From Dictyostelium discoideum (Eukaryota): a stretch of DNA of 64,000 bases. How positions within the stretch are numbered: the stretch's first letter is position 1; each line of letters opens with the position of its first letter. Location: assembly GCA_000004695.1 (NCBI GenBank), contig CM000151.3:2880001-2944000 (forward strand), in the 5' to 3' direction. Positions 37,688-50,519 of this stretch are shown in pieces. Below the pieces are notes generated by a model. That model had not been told where the DNA came from and searched no databases. It worked only from the letters and a program-made list of their open reading frames with translations. The translations under genes and the position numbers were made by a program.

Positions 37688-39460
37688 ATGTTAAAAAAAG
37701 TTTTTAAATTAAAAAATTTTGTTGAAAATAAAAATTTTAAATTTAATTCCCTTTTGATATTAAACAATAACAATAATAATTTCTATAACAATAAAAATAA
37801 TAATAGTTTTAATAAAAGATTTTATTCAACAAATAATTTAATAATGTCAGTACCATCATCAGTAATAGAGAATCATCTTGTACCAAAGGAGATTCCAGTT
37901 TATCGTTTAAATGCTCGTGAATCATTCAATCTATTAACAGAGAAAGAACAACTCTATGCCCATCATATTAGTGTTGCCTGTTGGTGGGGTTCAAAAATTT
38001 GTCTTGGTCAAACATCTATTGAAAGTGGTCCAATCTTTAATCTCTTTCAAAATCTTTTCTCAATTCAAAATTTAAAATCAACTGTTGTTCCAAATATTGT
38101 TTCTGAAGAAGAATATTCTGATTTATTATCATATGCTGCAACTTTTTATGGTAATATGGGTAATTACTTAAGTTTTGGTGATAGTAAATTTATTGTAAAG
38201 TATATTTTTTTTTTTTTTAAAATAAAATAAAAAAAAATAATAATAGTTTATTAATTTTTTTATTTTTATTTATTTTTATATAGCCAAGAATTTCAAAAGA
38301 AAAATTACAATTAATTATTAATAAAGTTAATGATAATAAAGTCAATGAATATTGGGGTAAATGTAGTGAATTAATGTATTCATTAGATAAACAAGTAAGA
38401 GAATTGGGTATTGATGGTAATGGTATTTCAACCTATTATTCACCAAATATTACAAAGGTTGAAATTGAAAAAGTACAAAAGTTTATGGACTCAAAGAGCA
38501 TTTCACCATATAATACTCGTTTATTCAAAGTTTCAGAGAATAACTATAACCTTTTGATTGCTAGTGCTTCAACTTCAACTCCAACTGTCTCTCATCAATT
38601 CGATGGTTACACCATTAATATCGTCTATGGTGATTGGAATAAGAACTTAACCAAAGTAGTAGATAATCTTAAATTGGCTTTACCATACGCTGCAAATGAA
38701 AATCAAACAAATATGCTCAAGAAATATATTGATTCTTTCTATAGTGGTTCAATTGATGATCATAAAGATAGTCAAAGATGGTGGATTAAAGATATTTCTC
38801 CGTAAGTTTTTTTTTTATTTTTATTTTTTTTATTTTTTTTTTTTTAGTTTTATTTTTTATTGTTAATCAAAATTAATTAATTTACTAATTTATTTATTTA
38901 TTTTTATTTAGAGCTGTTGAAACTAATATTGGTTTCATTGAAAGTTATCGTGATCCATATGGTGTAAGAGGTGAATGGGAAGGTTTCGTTTCAATGGTTA
39001 ACAAAGAAATGAGTTTGAAATTTGGAAAATTAACAGATAATGCCACTACTTTCTTATCAAAATTACCATGGGACAAGAGCTTTGAAAAAGAAAAATTCAA
39101 CAAACCAGATTTTACTTCTTTAGAAGTTTTAACATTTGCTACAACTGGTATTCCAGCTGGTATTAATTTAAGTAATTGTAAGGTTTATTTATTTTTTTTT
39201 TTTAATATTAATTTTTTTTTTTTTTAAAAATTATTTCTAACTTTTTTTTTTTTTTTTTTGTTTTCCATTTTTTAAATTGAAACCAAATAGATGATGATAT
39301 TCGTCAAACTGAAGGTTTCAAGAATGTATCATTAGGTAATGTTATTGCCGCAAGAAAGGATGAGTATGTTACTTTTATCCAAGAAAGTGATCAAAAATTA
39401 TTCAATGAATTATCAACTGAAGCATTCGAATTACAAGTTGGCATTCATGAAGTAAGTTTC

Positions 39461-39492
<32 letters not shown>

Positions 39493-40307
39493 TATAAAGT
39501 ATTAATTATTATTTTTTATTTATTTAGTTATATGGTCATGGTTCAGGTAAACTTTTCACAACAGATGCTAATGGTAATGTTAACTTTAAAGTTGGTGAAG
39601 TTATTAATCCACTTACAAACAAACCAATTGACCCAAAGACTGAAGTATATAAATTTGGTGAAACTTATGACAGTGTTTTCAAATCATTGGGTTCACCAAT
39701 GGAAGAATGTAGAGCAGAATGTTGTGGTATCTATTTATCACCAGATGAAAAGATTCTTGAACTCTTTGGTTTCACAGATCCAAAGAAAGCTGAAGATGTC
39801 TACTATGTCAATTGGTTGATTATGGCACGTGCTGGTGTCTGTGCATTGGAATTTTATAGTCCACCAAGTGAAGGTGCACCAGGTAAATGGAGACAAGCTC
39901 ATATGCAAGCCAGATATTGTATTTTAACAACATTCTTACGTTCTGGTATTGTCACTTTAGACAAGACTGCCGACGATGTAATTGTCAAACTTGATAAAAG
40001 TAAAATTAGAGGTATTGGTGTTAAAGCTGTTGGTGATTTCCTCAATAGATTAATGGTTTACAAAGCAACTGCAAATATTGATGCCTCAATCAAATTATTC
40101 GATGAATATACTCATGTCAATGAAGAATTCCTCGCCATTAGAGATATAGTTTTGGCTAAAAAGAAACCAAGAAAGGTATTTGTTCAAGCTCATACATATC
40201 TCAATTCAAATGGTAAAGTTTGTCTTCAAGATTTTGATGACTCAACTCAAGGTATGATCGATTCAATGATCACCAGATTTGGTAAAGATGATTCTGATAT
40301 GTTATAA
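37688..40307 (+). CDS. dpp3: Dipeptidyl-peptidase III (M49 metallopeptidase), ~743 aa, 5 exons: 37688..38194, 38284..38801, 38912..39177, 39291..39451, 39528..40307
   Basis: The zinc motif 'HELYGH' is split across the exon 4/5 junction: 'VGIHE|LYGHGSGKL'. Second motif 'EECRAECCG'. Extended collinearity with human DPP3: '[13 protein letters not shown]', '[19 protein letters not shown]', '[28 protein letters not shown]', '[18 protein letters not shown]', '[10 protein letters not shown]'. Donors GTAAAG, GTAAGT, GTAAGG, GTAAGT. Phases verified against track ORFs 38374, 38994 and 39687. Confidence 0.9.
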
Positions 40308-40329
40308 AGCTTTTTATTAAATTTCCAAA

Positions 40330-40425
40330 AAATAAAATAATATAAAATAAAATAAAATAAAATAAAATAAAATATAAAATAAAATAAAATATAAAATAAA
40401 ATAAAATATAAAATAAATAAATATT
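40330..40425. repeat. (AAAAT/AAAATAT)n microsatellite in the dpp3 3' flank
   Basis: 'aaaataaaataatataaaataaaataaaataaaataaaataaaatataaaataaaataaaatataaaataaaataaaatataaaataaataaat'. Confidence 0.8.
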
Positions 40426-41092
40426 ATCTTTGAAAAAAGGTAAAAAATTTTAAAAAAATATTGTTTGAGATTTACTATTTTTATTTTTTGGTATGGAAGA
40501 AGATATTTAATTTTTTTAAATAAAATACAATATTTTTTATTTTAATTTAATAAAAACACACCAATAAGGATATAGATTTATTTATATTAAAAAATTAAAT
40601 ATTATTATACATTTATTTTTTTCGAGTTATATTTGGTAATTTCTTTGATAAAAATCATTTTGAATCAATTTCTGGCTCTCTAGCTCTGGCCCAAAACAGT
40701 AATCCAATGTGCCGGTATTAATAAAATGATCAACACCATACAACATTAAACATGCCATATATGCTTTTGGTGAGTCTAAATTTCAATAACCAGAACTTTG
40801 AAATTTTTTTAAAAATGAGAAAAACAATTATAAATCTTTTCAAATCTTAATATTGTTTTTTTTTATAAAAATATTAATTATTAATATTTATTTTATTATA
40901 ATTAAATCATTTTTTAATAATAATAATAATTATAAAAACCAAATAATTAAATTCAAAATTGGTAAATTTCTATAATCTATTTTTGAATAATAAATATTTA
41001 TTAAAATATAATAATATTCTAATATTATTACATTTATTAAAATATAATAATATACTAATACTATTATATTCATTACTTTTAAATTTCTTTTT

Positions 41093-41794
41093 TTACAGAA
41101 ATTTGTTGACTGTAATTAATAAAATACCATTAACATATCTTGCTTTAATTGTATCTTTGTCAACAGTATTTGAATTAAATTCCAATACTCTTTTGTAAAC
41201 ACCAATTGATTTTTCATGTCTTTTAAATTCACACATATTTTGAAATAATGGATAAACTGATTTCTTCTTTGCTACAATTGTAAGAATATTGTTAGTGAGA
41301 TCAACTTTAACATCATCTTTATCGACCCCTGCTATCTCTAATTCAATATGAATAACCTTATTAATTTCATGAATAAAAGTAAGTGGTTCAAAGAAAGTGA
41401 ATAATGGAATATCCTGAGATTTCAATTTTTGATGAGGTGGTTCATTATTTCCATTACAATCTTCACATTTATATGGTATTGAATTATTCAACCAAGATGA
41501 AATATTTCCAAATCCATTTTCAAAATCATTTTCATAAAATTGAGCCTTATTTTTCTTTCTAGTTTCTTTTTCTTCGTTTCCTTGGAATGATGAAGAAGAT
41601 AAACTTCTTTTATAATTACATATTTTATTATTATAATTTTTAAAATTGTTTTGTTTGGGATTTTTAATTAAATAAACCAAAGAAGAATTTTCATTATCAC
41701 TATTATATTGATATTTATAATTTGTTTTTTGAATGGGATTAAAATTGTTAAATTGTTTTATTTGGTCTTGAATTTGGTAAGTAACTTCTGTCAT
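41093..41794 (-). CDS. Small heat-shock protein (HSP20/alpha-crystallin domain), 233 aa, single exon
   Basis: ATG at 41792-41794. C-terminal alpha-crystallin domain '..IHIELEIAGVDKDDVKVDLTNNILTIVAKKK..GVYKRVLEFNSNTVDKDTIKARYVNGILLITVNK'. The N-terminal half is N/S-rich. Confidence 0.75.
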   Translation of the reverse strand: MTEVTYQIQDQIKQFNNFNPIQKTNYKYQYNSDNENSSLVYLIKNPKQNNFKNYNNKICNYKRSLSSSSFQGNEEKETRKKNKAQFYENDFENGFGNISSWLNNSIPYKCEDCNGNNEPPHQKLKSQDIPLFTFFEPLTFIHEINKVIHIELEIAGVDKDDVKVDLTNNILTIVAKKKSVYPLFQNMCEFKRHEKSIGVYKRVLEFNSNTVDKDTIKARYVNGILLITVNKFL

Positions 41795-42561
41795 TATATT
41801 TAAAAATTTCTAGTGATATATGTGTATTATAAAATCCAGTTTTTTAATTGTTAATTATTATTTTTGAATATTTTGATAATATTTTTTTTTTTTTTTTTTT
41901 TTAAAACTTTTTAATTATTTATAAAAAAAAAAAAAAAATTAAAAAAAAAATTAAAAAAATTAATTAATAAATAGTTGGTTTCTTAAAATGTAATAACTTA
42001 AAACTTCAAACTGGTACTATGTCCCTTAGGGGGTATTTTTAAACATAATTAATATAAAAATACCTAAAAAATAACAATATTTTAATTGTTTTTTTAACCC
42101 ACAACTTAATTTTTTAAGAAAAAAAAACTTAAATTTTAATAATTTTTTTTTTTTTTTTTTTTTTTTTCAACACAAAAACCAAATTATTTTAAATCCTAAA
42201 AAAAAAAAAAATAGTTACATTTTGGAAAATAAAAAGTTTCTTCCCAAACCAAAAACTTTAAAATATCTCAAAAAGATAAACTGGCTGAAATTAAGGTAAG
42301 ATTTGTATTAAAATAAAATTTGATTTGTTATTTTAAACTATAAACTTAAAAAAATAAAAAAATAAAAAAAAAAAAACTTTAATTACAAATTGTTTTTTAT
42401 ATTTTTTTTTTTTTTTTTTTTTAAGTTGGTCTATTAATATTTAAAATAATCACTTTTGGAATAATATTTTATTCATATTTAGGGTAATACAATTTAAAAT
42501 CTTTTTTTATTATATTTTATTAAAAGTTTTTTTTTTTTTTTTTTTTTTTTTTTATTATTTC

Positions 42562-44019
42562 TTATTGTTGTTGTGAAAGTTTATTAAAAATATCCTGACC
42601 CATTTTAGATTCAAGAGTTCCAATAAAAGCAAGAGTATTCTTTAAATATGTAATTTCATTGAAACAGGTTGATGGTATAATTTTCTTTGCCATATTATAT
42701 AAATTGAAAATTAATGATGCTGTCTTACTATTTAATTCACCAACATTTAATAATGCATTTATTAAATCAATACAAATGATACCAACTTTTTTCTGTGTCT
42801 ATAATATATTTTTTTTTTTTTTTTTAATAAATGTTAATATTAAATAACATAAATAAATAAAAAATGAAAAAAAAAAAAAAAATAAAATACCTTACTAAAT
42901 TATCTGGTTCATCTTTCAAAAGATTTAAATCATATAAAATTTCTTTAATTAATGAATTATAAAATTCTGTTAATTCTGTATTAAACTCTGGATCTTCTGT
43001 AAATAATTGATCATTTGATTCAACTTTTTCAATATGATATGGTAATGAAGTTTGTGCCCTTTTTTTTTTTAAAAAAAAAAATAAATATATAATAATAAAA
43101 TTAATAATTAAAAAAATTTTTTTCACTATAATTTAATAATAATAATTTTTAATAACTTACCAAGAAGAACAAAGTAATAATAATTGAATAAATAATTTTG
43201 ATTTAGCAGTTGAACTTGATTCCCATTGATATTCTTTAATGACTTTATAAAGAGCCTTTACTAAATAGAAAGGACCACTTTCAGGATGACCAGGAGTTAC
43301 AACTAAAAGTGAGATAAAATCAGAGACATAAGAGATTGTCCAATCTTCAGTTGATTTAACTTGTTTAAACTCCAAGATTGGAGGGATTTCTTGAATAAAA
43401 GTGATGGCAGCCTTTAATAAAGCATCGGCTTGAGAGAGTGCTTGATTTTGTAAAGCCACAGATGAAGAGACTAAATAAAGATTCATCTTTAAAAAGATAT
43501 CATCAATTGATGGAATTGTAATGAAGCAATAGGCAACACAAGCACGAATAAAAGAGGTAGTCTTTGGAGTATGTTTACCTTTTACCAAATTTAAAGTTTT
43601 CTCACAAATTTCACAAACACCATAGACCAATCTATTCTTTACACCATCGAAATTGATAAAGGTTTGTCTACACTCTACATAAAAGTTTAACTGTTTTTCA
43701 ACATCTCTTCCGAAATCAATCTTATTGATACAATTTACAACCAATTGAGTGACTTGTCTAACTTCATCTTGGAAACTAAGACTATTCAATGAATCATGTA
43801 ATGCTTTACCATAGGTAAGGAATGTATTTATCAATATTGGATCTGATGTCATAACTTTTGATGTTGATAATGCTTCTAATGTTGATCTACTAATTTGTTT
43901 TTGTGATTCACCATTAAATAAATCTAATAATGGTAAAAAGTTTGTCTAAATAATATTATTTAAAATAAAATAAATAATAAATCAATAATTATTTTTTAAT
44001 TTAATCAATAATAATTAAA

Positions 44020-44068
<49 letters not shown>

Positions 44069-46126
44069 ATATAGTTCAAAACTTACAAACGAAACTAATT
44101 TACCAAAATCAGAGATATGTGTAAAAATTTTTAAAACAATTGATTGAAGATGTGATTGAATTGTTTCATAACCTTTATCTGGTATAATATGTCTAAGAAT
44201 ATCTTTTAAGAAAACATCTGTTTCTTTTTCCTATTAGATAAAAAAAAAAAAAAACTATTAATAAAACTATTTTTTTTAATTTTTTTTTTTTTTTTTAATT
44301 TAAAAAACAACTTACAGAACAATGAGTTAAAACATATTCAATAAAAACTTCAGCAACAGAAATATAATCTTTAATATTTTCAAAGTTTGTAACAACTTTC
44401 CAAACATCATTTAAAATTGATAAGATTTGATTCTTTGGAGGTTGACCTAAAACCAAATTAACACCAAAAGTACTATAGAGTTGATATTTTGGATAGGAGA
44501 GAGTATCGGCATCCTTTATGAAATTTGAAAACATTGTTGAATTACTACAAATGTATTCTGGTGGGAAAGAACTAATGATATGATTTAAGAGGAGAGAATT
44601 CTTTGATTCTCTGAAAAGTTCTAAAACCTCTTCCAAAGTTTCAGGTGTTGCTTTATGAGCCAAACATTGTAGTAACCATTCCAATGATGGTGAATATAGT
44701 CCCATATAATCAGTGAGAGTAATTCTATACATTGACAAGGTATTCTCTAAATATTTTGATTTCTCGTATGATTTTTGAGTGAAAACGAAATCTTTCAATA
44801 ATTGAATGACGAATTTCTTATACTCTGGACAAAGATCGAATGATCTTCTTGTCAAATAAGCTCTAATGTAATTTGCAACCAATGGATTACCAATACCTCT
44901 AATCATTTCACTGATACGATTAATCACTTGTTTTGGTTCAGTGTTTACATCACCTTGAATGAATTCATAACATTTTAAAATTGAAATCTCTACAAACAAT
45001 CTTGGTAATAACTCTCTAATCGATGCAATCTTATAGAACCAATTTCTACAAGTTTCCTTTGCTTGTTCCTTTAGTAATATTTCATGATTTTTACTTTCTT
45101 TTGATGATTGTAATCTCTTTTTAATTCTATCATATACTAAATTACCAAATGTATCTAATATCTCTGTTGCAATTACAAATTTACTTGGATAAAATTTAAT
45201 TAATGATGTATCTGATAATAATTTTGCTGTCTAAAAAAAAAAAAAAAAGAGATATATTAATAAATTTTACTTTTAATTTTTTAGTTTTGAAAATTAGTAC
45301 ATACTTGAATTGCAATTTTTAAAGATCTAACTCTTTCTTCAGCAGCCCAAGCTTTTAATAATTCAGAATGTAAAGTTTCTAAATCCATAATGATATCAGG
45401 TTGAGAGAATTGTGTTGATTTTGAATCTTCTTTATCTTGTTCCAATTCTTCTAAAATCTTATTTAAACGATTGATTGGAATTTTAATTTTACCACTTGTA
45501 CCAGTTGACATAAAAGAAACTTGAATTGGATTTGAATCATCAGAGGTATATTGTTGAAGAATCGATGGTTTCAATGTATCCCATGGCATAAAATTCTCAT
45601 CAACATAATTTGTTAAATGATTTTCTTTTATTAATTTTAATCCACCCATTGTTGCAATTGTTTCTGAAAGTGGATCATGTTTTTTTTCTAATGGATTATT
45701 TAATGGATCAATATCTGTATTATTATTATTATTGTTGTTTAATGGATCAATATCTGTTGTTGCTGTTGATGATGATGCTGCTGCTGCTGCTGATTGAAGT
45801 GAACTTGCATTTGATGATAATGATGATTGTTTTGGTTTACCTGTATCCTCTGTTTTTGTAATTGAATTTAATGGGTGTCTTTCAACTTCTCTACCATTTA
45901 ATACTTTTACTTTAAAATTCTTTTTTGAATTTAGTAAACTAAAATAAAATTTTAAAAAAATAATTTATTATTAATATTTTGATCTCTGTGGATAATCCAA
46001 ATAATTTTTTTTTTTTTATTTTTTATTTGATCAATCATACTATTGTGGTGGTTGTTGAGGTGTTTGTTGTTGTTGTTGTGGTGGTGAAGAAGGAGTTGGT
46101 GATGATGCTGATTGTCTTTCAGCCAT
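42562..46126 (-). CDS. vps35l: VPS35L (retriever complex subunit; C16orf62/VPS35-like) ortholog, ~987 aa, 7 exons: 46041..46126, 45305..45938, 44316..45230, 44087..44230, 43161..43945, 42896..43058, 42562..42798
   Basis: Collinear with human VPS35L. 'NFMPWDTLKPSILQQYT' matches 'DFEPWTNKRGEILARYT'. 'LLKAWAAEERVRSLKIAIQ' matches 'LKDAWASDQKVKALKIVIQ'. 'LSDTSLIKFYPSKFVIATEILDTFGNLVYDRI' matches '[32 protein letters not shown]'. 'VEISILKCYEF..MIRGIGNPLVANYIRAYL' matches 'VEASILKCNKF..MIRGIGDPLVSVYARAYL'. 'RACVAYCFITIPS..LSQADALLKAAI' is near-identical. 'AQTSLPYHIEKVESNDQLF' matches 'SQETYLYHIDKVDSNDSLY'. All donors are GTAAGT/GTATGT/GTATGA/GTAAGG. Phases were verified against five track ORFs. Confidence 0.9.
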
Positions 46127-46564
46127 TTTATATTTTCTAAATAGATATTTCTATGTGCCAATCAACACATATAAAGAAATCACTTTGTAGAGAAATAAAT
46201 TTGTAGAAAAAAAAATATAAAAATTAAAAAAAAAAATAAATATAAAAAAATCAAAAATAAAATTTTATAAAAAAAAAAAATAAAAAAAAATAAAAAAAAA
46301 ATAAAAAAAAATTGAAAAAATCATTTGAAAAATCATTTTGGCCCTTTGGTTTTTTTTTTTATTTTTTTTTTTTTTGTGAACTTATTAACCATTTTAAAAT
46401 ATCGATCAATACTAATTTTGGTAAAATTTAAAATAATAATGATATTCGATATTGAAAAAAATAAATTAATAAAAATAACAATTTTAAATTAAATACTTTG
46501 ATTTCAAAAAAAGTATTTTTTTTTTTTTTATTATTATTTAAAAAAATTAAAATGGTTTTAAGAT

Positions 46565-47414
46565 TTAAATACGAATTTTTTCATTATTTAATTCTTGTTG
46601 AGTAGCATCAATACTATTGCTATTATTATTATTAACAGGGTTACTTGAATTATTGTTATTATTATTATTATTTGTATTATTATTATTATTATTAATTGTA
46701 TTTTTATTTTCATTTATTGTAGATGATGAACGATTTTCTTCAATATATTTACAGATTTGAGTATTTATTACTTCATATAATAACTTTGGGTTAATTGGTT
46801 TTGTTACATAATCATCAACACCAGATTCTAAAAACTTTTCTTTATCACCTTTCATTGCATGAGCAGTTACAGCAATGATTGGAATATGACCACCTTCATT
46901 TGCTTCGATTTCACGAATTGCACAAGTTGCTTCTAAACCTGATAAAATTGGCATTTGAATATCCATTAATATACAATCATAAAGTATTGATTTATTTTTA
47001 CTTTCATGATAGAAATCTAAGGCTTGTTTACCATCTTTTGCAATGGTAATATCAAAACCTCTTTTAGTTAATAATGTCTTTATTAATTTTTGATTCATTG
47101 TATTATCTTCTGCTACCAATACTTTTTGTGGAATCATTTGACTACCACTAATTTCAATTCCACCGCTGCTTGTACCATTACTACTTAATAAATTAATATT
47201 ACCACTATTTCCTGATAAAATTGGTGGTGATTGGAATTGTGGTGTAGTAATTGTTGATGATGGTTGTGGTGGTGTTGTTACTCCTACTATTGTAGTTAAA
47301 CTACAATTATTATTATTATTGCTTCTTGGTGAACTAATTGGTGGTGATGTTTCAGGTGTTGAATTTGATGATTTTGATGGATCAGATGTATGATTATTAC
47401 TTGTATTTGTAGTG

Positions 47415-47503
<89 letters not shown>

Positions 47504-50455
47504 TAAAATTAAATTATTTGAATGAACAGTAGTATTATTATGTTGTTGAGATTGTTGTTGATGAATATGATGATGATGAATATGATGAAGATTTGTACTA
47601 CTTAAATTGGATTTATGTGGTGACATTCTTCCACTCAATTGTTCTAATTGTTGTTGTTGTTGTTGCTGTTGTTGTTGCTGTTTTGGTGAATATTGTTTTG
47701 GTGAATATTGTTGTTTTGGTGAATATTGTTTTGGAGAGTATTGCTGTTTTGGTGAATAACCACGTTGTGATTGTTTTGGTGATGAAGCAGATTGTAAACT
47801 TAATAATGGAACTATAACTATTTTTTTACCATTTGGAGTAACTGGATTATTATTTATAATTGTTATACTATTACCATTATTAATAATATTTGAACTGCTT
47901 TGAGTTACATTTGTTGAGGTTGAATTTGAAGAATTTGGTGTTAAACTATTAATATTATTTAAATCAGAGATATCAATTGAGTTATCTTTTAATGGTAAAA
48001 TTGGTGATAAAATTGGTTGTGTTTGTTGTTGTTGATTATTATTATTAACATTATTTGATGATATTGAAACTGGTGATGGTGTATTTGAAGATGTTAATGG
48101 AGTTGAGGATAATGAAGATGATGAAGGAGTTGAATTATTTGCACTACTATTACCACTATTGCTACCATTTGTACTGCTACCACCCCCACTACTACTACTA
48201 CTGTTGATAGGTGGTGAACTATAACCAACACCACCTCTAGGGGTACTAATTAAATTTGAATAATTTTTACCACCGTGACTTAAACTACGACCAGGTGATT
48301 TTGGTGGTGAATAAGCTGGTAAATTATTTAAACCACATTCTTTGGAAATTGGACCACGTGGTGTACAAATTGAATGAATTCTTTGAATTAAATCCATTGG
48401 ACAACTATGTTGTTTTTTAACATTTTTAGTTGAAGGTGTTGAAATTAAACTTGAACCACGACTATTATTTAAACCATTTGGAGTTTGAATATTATTATTA
48501 CTATTATTTAAACTTATACCACTATTATTATTTCCATTGGTATTATTATTTCCATTAGTATTACCAATTATATTATTAAGATTATTTGGATTATTTGATA
48601 AATTACTAAGATTATTTAAACCACTAATATTTAAATTTGAAATACCATTAAAACCAGTTGGACTTGAACTAAGAGTATTATGACTTGAAGATTTTAATGA
48701 TGTATTATTTAAAGAGGCAATGAAATTATAATAACTATTTGATGGTGTACGACTTGTTAATGGACCATTATCATTTGAATTATTATTATTATTAATACTA
48801 TTATTATTATTTAATGTACTACCATTGATATTTATATTATTCATACTATTACTTAAAGAAATACCATAATTTGTTGAATCGTTATTACCATTATCATTTG
48901 AATCTTTTTTCACTTTTTTAGTTTGAACATTTGGAAGTGATGGAATATAAATTTCATTTTTTAATCTACTAGATTCAAATAATTTAGTGGTTGAATTGAT
49001 TGAACCATTACTTGATTGTAATGAAGGTGATTTTGGTGATGGTGCTTCAACACTTTTAATTGAGAGAATGAAATGAAAAGTTGAACCTTGTGATGCTTCA
49101 CTTTCAAACCAAATTGCACCACCAAAGAATTCAATTAACTTTTTGCAAATACTTAAACCTAAACCAACACCACCTTGAACACGACTATATGAACCATCAA
49201 CTTGAAAGAATCTATCGAAAATGAAATCATGTTTATCCTCTGGTACACCAATACCACGATCTTTAATTGAAAATTTTAGATTAACAAACCCTTCACGATC
49301 TTTTTTTTTAAATTTTTCACGTTTATTAATACCACCTCCACCACCACCACTGGTATTATTATGAAATAATAAATTATTACTTATATTATTTCTTGAAGTG
49401 TTTGATGATGTATCGTCGTCGGTATCATCATCATTTTCATCAGTTTCATCATTTTCATCATCATTTTCATCATCATCATCACTATTATCTTTTTCATCTA
49501 ATTCACTAAAACCACCAACAGCTGATTCATTATCTGAAACATTAATATCTCTACCAAAATAAGAATCATTATTATCTTGATCATCATAATCACCATCGAT
49601 ACTATAATCATCATGTGAATTTAATCTACTATGAGTCTTTGAATTTGATCTAAAAGAGTCTTTATATTTTTTAAATTGATTATGAGTTAATTGTTCAACA
49701 ATGATTGAAATTGAATTATTTATATTTGAAGAATTTGAAAATTTTATTGCATTATCAATTAGATTTGAAAGGATTTGTTTTAAACGATTTTGATCACCAT
49801 AGAAATCATCGGCAATATTTGGATCGATTGAAAAGGTTAAACTAATCTTCTTTTCAATGATACGTGTATAGAAAACTTTAAATAATTGATTGAATGTATC
49901 ACGTAACTTGAATGGGAAAGGTCTAACTGCCAATGAATTTGATTCCAATGTTGTGAAATCTAAAATTTGGTGAAGTAAATCCAATAGAATCTTTGACGAC
50001 TCCACAACATCATTTAACATTTCCTTTAGATTCCTTGGTGCAACATCTAAACATAAACCAACCATACCAATGATTGAATTCATTGGACTCAATAATTCAT
50101 GACTAATATTTGCCAAAAATTCACCTTTTAATTGATTAGCCCTTTGTGCCTCCTCTGTTGCATTCTTTAGTATAACTTCATTACGTTTTCTTTCAGTAAT
50201 ATCATGTAAGGCTACAAATGCACCAATGGTTTTACCATCTTTTGAAACAATCTCTTGACCACTTGCCAAAACTAAAAATTCATTATCATTTATCTTTGTT
50301 GGAATTTTAGTTGCAATTGGTATTTGTTGTGGTGATGTTATTGTTGCTGCTGCTGCTGTTGTTGATGTTGTTGCACCACCTATTCCATTTGTTGTATTTT
50401 GTTGTTGTTGTGTTTGTTGTGTTGATACTTGTGTTTGTTGTTGTTGTGAAATTGA

Positions 50456-50519
<64 letters not shown>

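Noticed and set aside
40959-41198. Plus 79-aa ORF overlapping the HSP20 3' end
   Set aside because: It is antisense to or outside the well-defined hsp ORF. It is built from a ~40-bp tandem AT-rich repeat (41000-41085).
41795-41900. Possible heat-shock elements upstream of the HSP20 gene ('tttctagtga', 'ttttgaatattttg')
   Set aside because: There are only imperfect nGAAn/nTTCn half-sites. No clean three-unit alternating HSE could be found by eye, so it is not reported as a feature.
45610-45861. Plus-strand 83-aa ORF opposite vps35l exon 2
   Set aside because: It is antisense to a well-supported coding exon and is low complexity.
45952-46161. Minus ORF 'MAHRNIYLENIKWLKDNQHHH..' (69 aa)
   Set aside because: It is the wrong frame. 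The overlapping +1 frame starting 'ATGGCTGAAAGA' (MAERQSASSPTP..) splices via TA|GTATGA into vps35l exon 2 without stops, whereas the track frame hits a stop after the same donor.
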